This document shows, piece by piece, positions 20,541 through 29,900 of a stretch of 64,000 nt of DNA (its first letter is position 1; each line of letters begins with the position of its first letter). Under the pieces are notes generated by a model. The model saw only the letters and a program-made list of their open reading frames with translations. It had not been told where the DNA came from and made no database searches. The stretch is from a virus (Duplodnaviria > Caudoviricetes): positions 1 through 64,000 of IMG/VR virus record IMGVR_UViG_3300020508_000005. One strand, given 5' to 3'. A program made the translations under genes and the position numbers.

Positions 20541-21265
20541 TTTCCAAATAAGCTTTTCGCTTTCATGTTCGCTGAATAATACCCATCTATATTTTCTCCA
20601 CAATCGGCCCACCAGCCTTTTAATTGATGGACTTTGAGTTGTCCTTTTTTTAAATAGTGATTGTTAACATCGGTAATTTCAAGTTCACCTCTAGCAGATG
20701 GCTCTAAATCATAAATGAAATCCCACAAAGTCTTGTCGTACAAATAAAGACCAGTGGCAATTGTGTTACCAGTGGGGTTTTTAGGCTTTTCAATTATTTG
20801 TAAAACTTTACCATTTTCGTCTTTTTCGATTACTCCATAAAATTCTGGATGCTCTACATCATAGCCAAAAATTACAGCACCTTCAGGTTTACTTGAAAAT
20901 TCTTTTACTGGAGCTTCAAAATTCTCTGAAAAAATATTGTCAGCCAAAATCACACACATACTATCATCGCCAACAAATTCTTCAGCTAAACTCAGAGCGT
21001 CAGCAATTCCCTTCGGTTCAGATTGGTACGTGTAATGCAAATGACGCAATCCAAAATCTTCGCCATTGCCTAAAATTCTCAAAAACTCTCCTGCTGCATT
21101 TCCTCCACAGACCATAAGAATGTCTTTAATTCCTGCATTTACCAAAGATTGAATTGGATAATAAACCATTGGCTTATTATAAATTGGCAACAGACATTTG
21201 TTAGTAACTTTAGTTAAGGGATATAATCGAGTACCTAAACCACCAGCCAATACAATACCTTTCAT
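20537..21265 (-). CDS. rmlA: Glucose-1-phosphate thymidylyltransferase-like sugar nucleotidyltransferase
   Basis: GIVLAGGLGTRLYPLT, EKP, SARGELEITD. Confidence 0.9.
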   Translation of the reverse strand: MKGIVLAGGLGTRLYPLTKVTNKCLLPIYNKPMVYYPIQSLVNAGIKDILMVCGGNAAGEFLRILGNGEDFGLRHLHYTYQSEPKGIADALSLAEEFVGDDSMCVILADNIFSENFEAPVKEFSSKPEGAVIFGYDVEHPEFYGVIEKDENGKVLQIIEKPKNPTGNTIATGLYLYDKTLWDFIYDLEPSARGELEITDVNNHYLKKGQLKVHQLKGWWADCGENIDGYYSANMKAKSLFGN

Positions 21266-21267
21266 AC

Positions 21268-21621
21268 TTACTCCTTATTTTCGCCTGTGCTATTTGTTAT
21301 GTGAAGATTGTACACTACATTCACAATTGCCGTGCCTTTTTCTTCGCGGTAGATCAAATTGTGAATAATCCGGCTTATCGTAGCAAAAGTTACATCGTAC
21401 TTTTTGGACAATTCCTTTATGGAAGCTCCTTCCGAATGAAGTTTTCTAATTTCTGTTGCCCTTTTGCCGTCCAATTTGCCACAACCGTAATTTGGCTTTG
21501 GTTGATACAAATTGTATTTTTTTAACCAATTGATTATTGTTTTTTCAGTAACGCCAAATTTTTTTGCAGCTTCTTTTCTACTTTCCCTGTAAGGAAGTAA
21601 CTCATCTTTGCTTGGAATCAT
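21268..21621 (-). CDS. Double helix-turn-helix DNA-binding protein (copy 1)
   Basis: Start MIPSK after GAGG; EAAKKFGVTEKTIINW and ELSKKYDVTFATISRI. Confidence 0.8.
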   Translation of the reverse strand: MIPSKDELLPYRESRKEAAKKFGVTEKTIINWLKKYNLYQPKPNYGCGKLDGKRATEIRKLHSEGASIKELSKKYDVTFATISRIIHNLIYREEKGTAIVNVVYNLHITNSTGENKE

Positions 21622-21738
21622 AAAAACCTCGAAAATCCTTCCAAGTAAAATTAGTACAAAGAAAAAAAATTTTTTTGTACTGAGGTGCATACCTAATTGC
21701 AAATGCCTTTTAAAAGGAAGTAAAGAAGGAGAATAATT

Positions 21739-22152
21739 ATGCCACTAGTAGTACCTGACGTAGGCGAACTAAGACTTTTGGACACCATGTTGAAGTTGGC
21801 TTTGTCCACCAACGAAAACCACATTTTGAAGTTATACTCAAACAACTATACCCCGATCTCTACCGCTGCTGTTGGATCGTTTACAGAAGCTAACTTCACT
21901 GGATATGCTGCTCGTACTTTGACTCGTTCTACTTGGAACAGTGCTGTAACTGTTTCGGGTAAGGGCGAAACATCTTACGGATCAGTTCAATCTTGGACTT
22001 GCGGAACAACCGGACAAACCATTTTTGGTTATTATGTACAAGGCTCAGCAGGAACATTGCTTTGGGCTGAATTGTTTACGACAAGCCGTGTTTTGGCTAG
22101 CGGTGACGTTCTTAACATCACTCCGAAGTTTACCTTGTCCTCAGAAACCTAA
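21739..22152 (+). CDS. Small virion fibre/filament subunit (copy 1)
   Basis: Strong SD (AGGAG); LKLY.N, TGY, GYYV, LLWAE.F; paralogue of 41818..42219. Confidence 0.7.
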   Translation: MPLVVPDVGELRLLDTMLKLALSTNENHILKLYSNNYTPISTAAVGSFTEANFTGYAARTLTRSTWNSAVTVSGKGETSYGSVQSWTCGTTGQTIFGYYVQGSAGTLLWAELFTTSRVLASGDVLNITPKFTLSSET

Positions 22153-22180
22153 TCTTACTTTTCAAGTTTTGTTTTCATAT

Positions 22181-22222
22181 AATACCCTTGTGAACCATTT
22201 GGCCACAAGGGTATTTTTTTTT
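22181..22222 (+). terminator. Intrinsic terminator
   Basis: aatacccttgtg...cacaagggtatt plus T-run. Confidence 0.75.
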
Positions 22223-22233
22223 GAGAAGTTGAC

Positions 22234-23061
22234 ATGAAACAAAAGCTGTTAATCCTTATTTTGCTTCTACTTACATTTTTTGTATCCGTTGTTTTTGTAC
22301 GAGAAACAAAAAACAAGAAGCCTCAAGTTTCTGTAGGAAAAATTCAACTAGAAACTCCAAAAGCACCAAGTAATGAAAACTTCTTGATTGATTTGCTGAA
22401 AGAAGTCAACGAGTTAAATAAAAACATTTTCTCTTTTTCTTGTGAAGAAGCTGAAGTAAAGATTTGGGAAAATGGTCACAGATTTAGGTTGCAAGCCAAA
22501 GTTTTTTATCAAAAACCTTTAAGTTTTCATATGAAAGTTAATTCCATTTTTGGAGAAGAGCTTGTTTTAGGCTCTAATGATAAAAGCTTTTGGTACTGGT
22601 CAAGACGTGATCGCCGCCCTGCGTTGTATTGGGCATCTTACGAAGATTTCAGCAAAACTCGTTTGAAAACTCCATTTAATCCCATGTTCATGAAATCAAC
22701 TTTAGGTTTGGAAGACATTTCTCTTTCAGATGCAAAAATTTCAGAAACTCAAAAGAAAATATTAGTAACATACCCACGAGTTGATTCTATGGGCAGAGCG
22801 ATTTTATACTCTGTTTTGGTTGATAAGCAAAAGAAAATCATTTCTGGTTTTTTGATTGCAAATACTTCTGGTCAAAACCTAGTTGAATGTATGATTGAAA
22901 GAGCAAATGATAATTCTACGACAAAAATAAATTATATCTGGCACGAAGAAAATCGAGTGATGACTTTGGAATTTAAAAATGCAAAATACAATCAGGATAT
23001 ATCTAGAAGCGTATTTTTAATGCCAAATATTGACCCAAAAATCAATATGGCTGATGAATAA
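22234..23061 (+). CDS. Membrane-anchored protein, possible LolA-like fold
   Basis: N-terminal TM helix; LGSND..FWYW; beta-rich. Confidence 0.5.
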   Translation: MKQKLLILILLLLTFFVSVVFVRETKNKKPQVSVGKIQLETPKAPSNENFLIDLLKEVNELNKNIFSFSCEEAEVKIWENGHRFRLQAKVFYQKPLSFHMKVNSIFGEELVLGSNDKSFWYWSRRDRRPALYWASYEDFSKTRLKTPFNPMFMKSTLGLEDISLSDAKISETQKKILVTYPRVDSMGRAILYSVLVDKQKKIISGFLIANTSGQNLVECMIERANDNSTTKINYIWHEENRVMTLEFKNAKYNQDISRSVFLMPNIDPKINMADE

Positions 23062-23089
23062 AAAAAGGCTGGAAAATCCAGCCTTATGA

Positions 23090-23329
23090 CTATTTGTTAA
23101 GTCGCTTTTTAATAGCTTCTCTTCGCAGTTTTTCTGCTTTTAATCTTTGTTCATCCATTCTACGATGTTCTCCAACGCTTACAGATTGTTGCATTCCCAT
23201 AGCTCTCAACTCTGCTGGTGTCGGCCCTGCCGCTGAACCGCCTTGAATAGATCGAGGCCCCACTGACGGCCTGAAGGTTATAGATCCCCTTCTAGCTGGT
23301 GAACTTTTTTTTCCACATCCACATCCCAT
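23090..23329 (-). CDS. Small basic protein with MGCGCG N-terminus
   Basis: GGAGG SD; 79 aa. Confidence 0.7.
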   Translation of the reverse strand: MGCGCGKKSSPARRGSITFRPSVGPRSIQGGSAAGPTPAELRAMGMQQSVSVGEHRRMDEQRLKAEKLRREAIKKRLNK

Positions 23330-23421
23330 AATAGTTCCTCCAAAAAACCTATTGTATATATCCTTCTAAATTTGATTAAGACATACTCTTTTGGTTATGT
23401 ACTTGGAAAAAGGAACATTCT

Positions 23422-25023
23422 ATGTCGAACGAAAATGAACAATTATTAGAAAACGCAAATCAAATCATGGAAGAAGCTGTGGAAAAAGCAGGTGAACTGC
23501 TTATGAGCAAGCCACAGATTGCAGAAATAATTCTTAAACAATGCCTTAAATGCGATCCAGAGCACAATGCTGCCTTACAACTTTTGGGTTTGTGTAAACA
23601 CAGAATGGGTGAAAATGCTGAAGCAATTGAAATTATTCAAACGGTTCTAGATCTTGATCCGTCGAACGCAGATAACTGGAACAATTTAGGACTTGCTTAT
23701 GGTGGCCTTGGAAATGAAGAAAAGGCTATAGAGTGTATCAAAAAAGCTCTTGAAATTAATCCTAATCATTTTCTTTATCAAAATAATTTGGGGCTTCATT
23801 ATCGAGCAAGTGGCGATTATGAAAATGCAATTGCTTCTTTGCGTCAAGCTCTGAAATCTGAAGAACGACCACAACTTTGGGTAAATCTTGGTGGTATGTA
23901 CGGTGAGCTTTGCAATTTAGAAGAAGCTGAAAAATGCTTTGAAAGTGCTATCAAACTAGACCCAGAGTACGCTGCTGCGTATGTTGACCTTGCATTTGTT
24001 TATCATTTAAGAGGCGATTGGAAAAAAGGCTTTGCTGCCAATGAATGGCGATTCTTCTATTATCCCCAAATGAAATATTATCATAGTTCTTTCGACATGC
24101 AAAAACTTTGGGATGGCAAAGCCGATCTTAATGGTAAGCGTGTTTTGATTTATGGAGAGCAAGGACTTGGAGATATTATTCAATTTGTGCGATTCACAAA
24201 ATTTTTAAAAGAAAAAGGTGCTCATGTAATTGTTCATTGTCCTACAAACTTGGACGCAATAATTAGAAGAGTGGAAGGCGTTGACGAAACAACAAATAAA
24301 GATATTTACAATAAAACAGATGAAGTTTTTCCTGAATACGATTATCAGTTTTCAATGATGAGTTTCCCGTATCTTTTGAATTTAGATACCATCAGTGGAA
24401 AGCCTTATGTTAAACCTGCTACAACGGCTTTCAAAGATTATATGCAAAAAGAATATGGAAAAACTTTAAACGTTGGTATTGTTTGGGCAGGAAATCCTGC
24501 TCATCCTCACGATCAAAGACGCTCAATTCCATTAGAGAACTTTAGACTATTGCACGATACTCCGGGCGTGAAGTTGTTTAGTTTACAAATTGAAAGCTCA
24601 AAAAGACAATATGGAGTAACTTATCGTAACCTTGAAAGTGTCGCAAAACCAGATGATACTTGTATCAATAAATTTATACCTCAGCACGGTATAGTAGATT
24701 ACAGCGAAAACTGTGAAGATATGAAAATCGTAGATCTTACTAAAATGATACAATCATTTGATGACACAGCAACTATTTTAGCAGGTTTAGATCTCGTTGT
24801 TTGTTGCGATACCGCCACCGCACATTTAGCAGGTGCTATGGGCGTTCCTGTTTGGGTTGCTATCCCTTATAATCCTGATTGGCGTTGGGAACTTAAGGGC
24901 GATACCACATATTGGTACGACAGTATGAAGTTGTATCGCCAGCCTGAAAGAGATGATTGGAAATCTGTATTTGAAAGGATGCAAAAAGATCTAAATGAAA
25001 CTGTACTACAGAATCAGCGATAA
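23422..25023 (+). CDS. TPR-repeat glycosyltransferase (GT9-like C-terminus)
   Basis: Several TPRs; EQGLGDIIQFVRF, GIVWAGNP, DTATAHLAGAMG. Confidence 0.9.
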   Translation: MSNENEQLLENANQIMEEAVEKAGELLMSKPQIAEIILKQCLKCDPEHNAALQLLGLCKHRMGENAEAIEIIQTVLDLDPSNADNWNNLGLAYGGLGNEEKAIECIKKALEINPNHFLYQNNLGLHYRASGDYENAIASLRQALKSEERPQLWVNLGGMYGELCNLEEAEKCFESAIKLDPEYAAAYVDLAFVYHLRGDWKKGFAANEWRFFYYPQMKYYHSSFDMQKLWDGKADLNGKRVLIYGEQGLGDIIQFVRFTKFLKEKGAHVIVHCPTNLDAIIRRVEGVDETTNKDIYNKTDEVFPEYDYQFSMMSFPYLLNLDTISGKPYVKPATTAFKDYMQKEYGKTLNVGIVWAGNPAHPHDQRRSIPLENFRLLHDTPGVKLFSLQIESSKRQYGVTYRNLESVAKPDDTCINKFIPQHGIVDYSENCEDMKIVDLTKMIQSFDDTATILAGLDLVVCCDTATAHLAGAMGVPVWVAIPYNPDWRWELKGDTTYWYDSMKLYRQPERDDWKSVFERMQKDLNETVLQNQR

Positions 25024-25828
25024 TAGTTACAAAAAAGACAAGCTTATTGGTGCAACAAAAGAAATTTGTTTGATTAATTTTGTGAAAGCATTTCATGAAA
25101 TTATCTTCGGTCCTGTAATGCCTCCTTTGCAAGATTTCATTCCCCCTATGAAAATCATTGCGGATAAATGCGAAGACAAAACAATAGCCATGTTGCACGA
25201 GACCGGCATTCCTGTCGTTGTTACAAATTACGGGAATGCCGGTTCTTTAAAATATGCTCTAGATATTGCTCTTGAAGAGTGTAAAGATGATGAAGTTGTC
25301 TATTTTGTAGAAGATGATTATTTACATCTTGGAAGTGCTCCAAAATTGCTAGAAGAAGGCATCAAACGAGCAGATTATGTGACACTTTATGACCACCCAG
25401 ATAAGTATACCCCTCAATACAACGGAGGAGAGTACTCAAAAGTAATCAGGACTGCATCAAGTCATTGGCGTTACACCATAAGCACATGCATGACTTTTGC
25501 CACCAAAGTCAAGACTTTGAGAGAGGATTATGGAACTTGGGCTAAGTTTATTGACGGCATCCATCCTCATGATCACCAAATTTTTACCGAACTCAATAAA
25601 GATAAGCGTCGTAGATTAGCAGTTTGTATTCCCGGCGTTGCATGTCATTGCGATTTAGAGTATTCGCAACGAGTCCAAAAAATGCTTATTGAGCCTTGGG
25701 CTATTGATTTGGTTTGTGACGAGTTATTGGCAAAAATAAATCCAAACCATCCATCCTTAAGTGCCCTCTCATCTAAGAAGGGCCTAGAAAAACTCATGCT
25801 CTTACATGCTATAGTGCAATTGAAATAA
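24995..25828 (+). CDS. GT-A/GT2-like glycosyltransferase
   Basis: VYFVEDDYLH. Confidence 0.7.
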   Translation: MKLYYRISDNSYKKDKLIGATKEICLINFVKAFHEIIFGPVMPPLQDFIPPMKIIADKCEDKTIAMLHETGIPVVVTNYGNAGSLKYALDIALEECKDDEVVYFVEDDYLHLGSAPKLLEEGIKRADYVTLYDHPDKYTPQYNGGEYSKVIRTASSHWRYTISTCMTFATKVKTLREDYGTWAKFIDGIHPHDHQIFTELNKDKRRRLAVCIPGVACHCDLEYSQRVQKMLIEPWAIDLVCDELLAKINPNHPSLSALSSKKGLEKLMLLHAIVQLK

Positions 25829-25855
25829 AAAAGGCGTCCTTTAGGACGCCTTTTT
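25828..25855. terminator. Bidirectional intrinsic terminator
   Basis: aaaaaggcgtcct..aggacgccttttt. Confidence 0.85.
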
Positions 25856-25879
25856 CTTACAACTCATTCAAAGCTTAAA

Positions 25880-26233
25880 TTAGTTATTCTTTTCGGTAGA
25901 ACTTGTCTTTGTACAGGCACTTACTGCTGGAGCAGACACAGTCTTCTTTGCAACAGGCTTTGTGCTCTTCTTAGCAACAGAAGCCTGCTTTGCGACAGGC
26001 TTAACGCTCTTCTTAGCAGCCTTCTTTTGCAGTTCGGCAACTTCATATTCCCATCCTAGCGTGTTTGCAAGACGTTTAGCGGCTTGTGTAAGAGACCCAC
26101 GATTTGGAAAAACAGTGGTTCCATCCTTTCGAGCCAATTTGGCTGGGCTAGAATTTGGCAACTGATATACACCTTCAACTCCGGTGTTAGTTCCAGTGGT
26201 GCGGCTCTTCAAAGTAACGATTAATTTTGACAT
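25880..26233 (-). CDS. Basic protein with histone-H1-like (P/S)VAKK tail
   Basis: KKAAKKSVKPVAKQASVAKKSTKPVAKK. Confidence 0.7.
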   Translation of the reverse strand: MSKLIVTLKSRTTGTNTGVEGVYQLPNSSPAKLARKDGTTVFPNRGSLTQAAKRLANTLGWEYEVAELQKKAAKKSVKPVAKQASVAKKSTKPVAKKTVSAPAVSACTKTSSTEKNN

Positions 26234-26318
26234 TAGAAAATCCTTTCTATAGATTTGATGATTCGACCTGAATCACATAATAATGTACTTGTATCAATAA
26301 AGTCGCTTTTCGTCAAGA

Positions 26319-27032
26319 TTAAATGATAATCATAGAACTTTTTGTAAAATTTCTTGTTGTTTCAAAAAATTCTTCATTGTTCTTAGACGAAACTATGCCA
26401 TTTAAAGTTGGAATTAAAAGGCGACGATCTGTTGGGCGTATTCTTTGTTCGTAAAATAAACTCATAGCTTTTTCAAATCTGCTATAAAGCACTTCTTCTT
26501 TTTGAAGGTTCAAATAATGCTTTAAATCAAATACATCAAAGATTAATTTTGTAGTCAATTTTATTTCATCAAAAGGTGCTTTACGTGAATGATTGCCTAT
26601 TTTGTTGAAATCTAGATACCACATAAAATTTGCTGGATCATAACTAAAAGCAGGATTGTTTGATCCTATTGTGTGATGAGATTCAATCATCGATTCTAGT
26701 TGCCCCAAATATAAGGTGCGTGGGTTTGCATCATAATATCGATAATACAAAAAACCTATTATGCCACGAAATGACATGGGCAAGATCTCACGACTAGATC
26801 TAAAATTATGGCTGTGGCGGATACAAAAGGGGCAGTAAAATTTATTTCCGCTAAGTTTGTCGCATGATTGAAAATTTTGCGAACACACCCTAACTATCTT
26901 ATCGCAAAAGGCACAAATTCGATAAGATTTATCAAAAACACTCTTATCGGCTTCGGTTTCAATTGTGGTTACGTTGACTTCTTGTAAGTTCATAAATAAT
27001 CCATCTGAATTTGGCCTTAATTTAATAGGCAA
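26319..27032 (-). CDS. Zn-finger hypothetical protein
   Basis: CAFC...YCPFC. Confidence 0.65.
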   Translation of the reverse strand: MPIKLRPNSDGLFMNLQEVNVTTIETEADKSVFDKSYRICAFCDKIVRVCSQNFQSCDKLSGNKFYCPFCIRHSHNFRSSREILPMSFRGIIGFLYYRYYDANPRTLYLGQLESMIESHHTIGSNNPAFSYDPANFMWYLDFNKIGNHSRKAPFDEIKLTTKLIFDVFDLKHYLNLQKEEVLYSRFEKAMSLFYEQRIRPTDRRLLIPTLNGIVSSKNNEEFFETTRNFTKSSMIII

Positions 27033-27098
27033 TTCGAAAAAAGTATCGAATTGCCTATATACTTTTAAGTTAAGATTAGATTTTTTGAGAGGAAAACC

Positions 27099-27323
27099 AT
27101 GCTTGATTTCGCAAAATGGTGCTCAGGTAAAGGATTGCCACTGCCTGAGCCAACTACAGTTGAAAATGCAACTCGTACAGGTGTAAAGCCACAGTATCCT
27201 GATGGGTACCTTCGATCCCAATATCCAGATGCATACTTTGCACCTACATCGGCAACTGCCTACCTCGACCTAAAGAACTCTAAATCTGTTCGTAGCGTTA
27301 AAGGCTCAGGAAGAGCAGAGTAA
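27099..27323 (+). CDS. Small hypothetical, possible internal head peptide
   Basis: GAGG SD; QYPD repeated twice; terminator at ~27340-27382. Confidence 0.65.
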   Translation: MLDFAKWCSGKGLPLPEPTTVENATRTGVKPQYPDGYLRSQYPDAYFAPTSATAYLDLKNSKSVRSVKGSGRAE

Positions 27324-27380
27324 TTTACTAAGTCACTGCAAAACAAAAAACCTCTTCATTAAGTGTGGAGGTTTTTTGTT

Positions 27381-27755
27381 TTAAATTTGCCCAACAAAAT
27401 AAACGTCCGTCTGCGAAAAGCTGCCAGCTATTTGTTTGTCTATGCGATTATCTTTGTCTTTTTGCGAAATGCCCCTATTGTCTTTGGGCAAGGCTTCTGG
27501 GCACCTTTCCCAATAACCCCAATGATCTTCGTTTGTGGGATGAGGATAAATAAGAGGCGGAGTAATTTTGCTGACATACTTCTCAATGATCTGTTCAACT
27601 CGCTGCCTTGCCAGACCGGTTTCCTTTACGATTGCTGGTACGCTCCTGTAATCATACTTGCTGTGCCGAGCCAAGGCTCGGAAAACTTTGGCCTCCTCAT
27701 CGCCTTCCTTAGTTCCATATGGGTAGACTTCTGTCCATTTCTTAGGCTGATCCAT
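27381..27755 (-). CDS. Hypothetical (possible winged helix)
   Basis: Likely start MDQPKK after GGAG; RSVPAIVKETGLARQRVEQII. Confidence 0.6.
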   Translation of the reverse strand: MDQPKKWTEVYPYGTKEGDEEAKVFRALARHSKYDYRSVPAIVKETGLARQRVEQIIEKYVSKITPPLIYPHPTNEDHWGYWERCPEALPKDNRGISQKDKDNRIDKQIAGSFSQTDVYFVGQI

Positions 27756-27834
27756 TTGCTTTCTCCAGTAAAAAACTATTAGTTGCCTACTATTATACTG
27801 GTGGTAACAAATTAAGTCAAACGGAGTTTGTTTT

Positions 27835-28284
27835 ATGAAATACAGAAAATTCAATAAGTATGAAAAGAAAGAGGTAAAAGCTCAAATGCTTCAAAATGCT
27901 CTACATGGCGAAGGCATTTATCTTTACCGTAACAACACCAATGCCGACCTAACACTTCCGAGAGCTACGAAAAGTGGCATCAGAACTGTTTCGGCAGGTA
28001 GAGAATTCCAAGGCGATAATTATTATATGCAACTCGTGAGGCAAGGAATGTTGCGTCTTGTGAAAGAAATTCAATCCCCAGAACAGCAACGTGCTGAAGA
28101 GGTCAAAATGGAAGAAAAGCTAATTTTAGATCAACCCGATATGATTACCGAGCAAGGAAAGGTGGAGCATGTTGTTTCCAATCCTGCTAAAAAACTAAAT
28201 GAAGAAAAAAGCGACAAAGACAAACAACCAGACGTACTTTTGAACGAAGGTCCTGTTGAAGGTGGTTTTGTAATCGTAGGCTAA
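27835..28284 (+). CDS. Hypothetical protein
   Basis: 149-aa ORF with SD. Confidence 0.7.
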   Translation: MKYRKFNKYEKKEVKAQMLQNALHGEGIYLYRNNTNADLTLPRATKSGIRTVSAGREFQGDNYYMQLVRQGMLRLVKEIQSPEQQRAEEVKMEEKLILDQPDMITEQGKVEHVVSNPAKKLNEEKSDKDKQPDVLLNEGPVEGGFVIVG

Positions 28285-28371
28285 AAAGCGAAATTAAATT
28301 GACAAGGCCCTTATTCAAAATCACAACACTCTTTTTGATTATAATCACATAAGCATATATGAGGTCAAAAA

Positions 28372-28779
28372 ATGGAAGCTGTGATTTTAGATAAGGGCCT
28401 GTTATATTTGGGGATCAATTCTAATCGATCAAGAGAAATAGCTCAACAAAATGCAGGATCGACACTGCACTCTAATATTACCCTAGAATGCTTATCTGAT
28501 CTGCTCGGGTTTTCAGACGCAAAATTAGAGTCAAACCAAGGTTTTGAGTCCGAAGCTGCAAAAAAATTGCTCGAAAAACTAAAAAGCCTTGGATTCGATA
28601 ACTCAACTGACATACAATCTTCTCACGGAGAAAAAACCTGCGTAGAAGTCAAATCCCTCGGATTGCGAGGCATGAAGACTGTTTACGATAGCGTGATTGC
28701 AATGAATGAATTGATGCGGCAAACCGCTGCAAGCCAAGAAGAGATTGCGGAGAACGAAGATGTCAAGTTTGATTGTTGA
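28372..28779 (+). CDS. Hypothetical protein heading the RNA-repair/NAD block
   Basis: GAGG SD; overlaps the RNA ligase start. Confidence 0.65.
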   Translation: MEAVILDKGLLYLGINSNRSREIAQQNAGSTLHSNITLECLSDLLGFSDAKLESNQGFESEAAKKLLEKLKSLGFDNSTDIQSSHGEKTCVEVKSLGLRGMKTVYDSVIAMNELMRQTAASQEEIAENEDVKFDC

Positions 28780-29878
28780 GGTCTGCGAAGTAGAAGAAAT
28801 TGCACCAATTGAAGGTGCTGATCGAATCGAACGAGTACGAGTGAAAAATTGGTGGTGTGTTTCTGGCAAAGGAACATATAGCACCGGCGACAAAGTTGTG
28901 TTTGTGCCTCCAGATGCAGTAATTAGCGAAGAACTGGCTAATCGCTGGGGAATTGCAAAATACTGTCCCAAATTGCCGCAATCAATGTGTGGCGAAAACG
29001 AAATTAAGTATCGGATCAAAGCCGCTCGATTTCGCGGAACGCCATCGTTTGGAACAATTCAAAGCTTGGACGATCAATCATGGCCTGTTGGTCATAATGT
29101 TAAAGAGCATTATGGCATAACCAAATATGAGCCACCTGTTAAGGCTTTAGATGGCGATGCTGCTGCTGAAATTCCAGCTTTCCATGCATATTCTAGCATT
29201 GAAAATATTGGGAACTTTCCTAATATTTTTCAAGAGGAAGAAGAAGTTATCGTGACTGAAAAAATTCACGGAACAAACTGTCGCTTAGGGTATGTGCTTG
29301 CTGGACAAACACCGGACGGCGATCAAAAGTGGGAAATAGTTGCTGGATCACACTCTGTGCGTCGAAAAGAATTTGACGCCAAAGGACATCGCAGTAAGTA
29401 TTGGATGCCACTGAAGCAAGATGGTTCATGTCCAATCAGCAATATGCTTGTGCAAGTTTTTGTTGCTGAAAAGGCAAGTCGATCTGTTGTGCTGTTTGGA
29501 GAAATTTTTGGACAAGGTATTCAAGACATGGATTACGGCCAAAAGACTCCAAGTTTTAGAGCGTTTGATTTGGCGGTTGATGGCAAGTATTTAGATTGGG
29601 ATAAAACTTGTGAGTACTTAAAGAGGCACGACATACCTGTTGTTCCTCTTTTGTATCGAGGGCCATTTTCCATGGAAGTTTTGGATCAACATGTTGATGG
29701 TCAAACCACAATTTGTGATGCTAACAATATCAAAACGCCATTCAAAGGCCGAGAAGGAATTGTTATCAAGCCGACCCAAGAAAGATACAATGACAAACTT
29801 TATGGTCGGACAATTTTAAAATATGTATCCGCCGACTATCACGATAGACGGAATCCAAACCCTAGCGAAGATCACTAA
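28760..29878 (+). CDS. ATP-dependent RNA ligase, DRB0094/Rnl5 family
   Basis: N-terminal OB-like IEGADRIE; motif I TEKIHGTN; FGEIFG, FRAFDL, EGIVIK, LKYVS. Confidence 0.9.
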   Translation: MSSLIVEVCEVEEIAPIEGADRIERVRVKNWWCVSGKGTYSTGDKVVFVPPDAVISEELANRWGIAKYCPKLPQSMCGENEIKYRIKAARFRGTPSFGTIQSLDDQSWPVGHNVKEHYGITKYEPPVKALDGDAAAEIPAFHAYSSIENIGNFPNIFQEEEEVIVTEKIHGTNCRLGYVLAGQTPDGDQKWEIVAGSHSVRRKEFDAKGHRSKYWMPLKQDGSCPISNMLVQVFVAEKASRSVVLFGEIFGQGIQDMDYGQKTPSFRAFDLAVDGKYLDWDKTCEYLKRHDIPVVPLLYRGPFSMEVLDQHVDGQTTICDANNIKTPFKGREGIVIKPTQERYNDKLYGRTILKYVSADYHDRRNPNPSEDH

Positions 29879-29900
29879 CAATTATTTTGAGGATAAAAAC

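Noticed and set aside
27363-27782. 139-aa plus-strand ORF
   Set aside because: Antisense to a better-supported minus-strand gene with SD, and starts inside a terminator.
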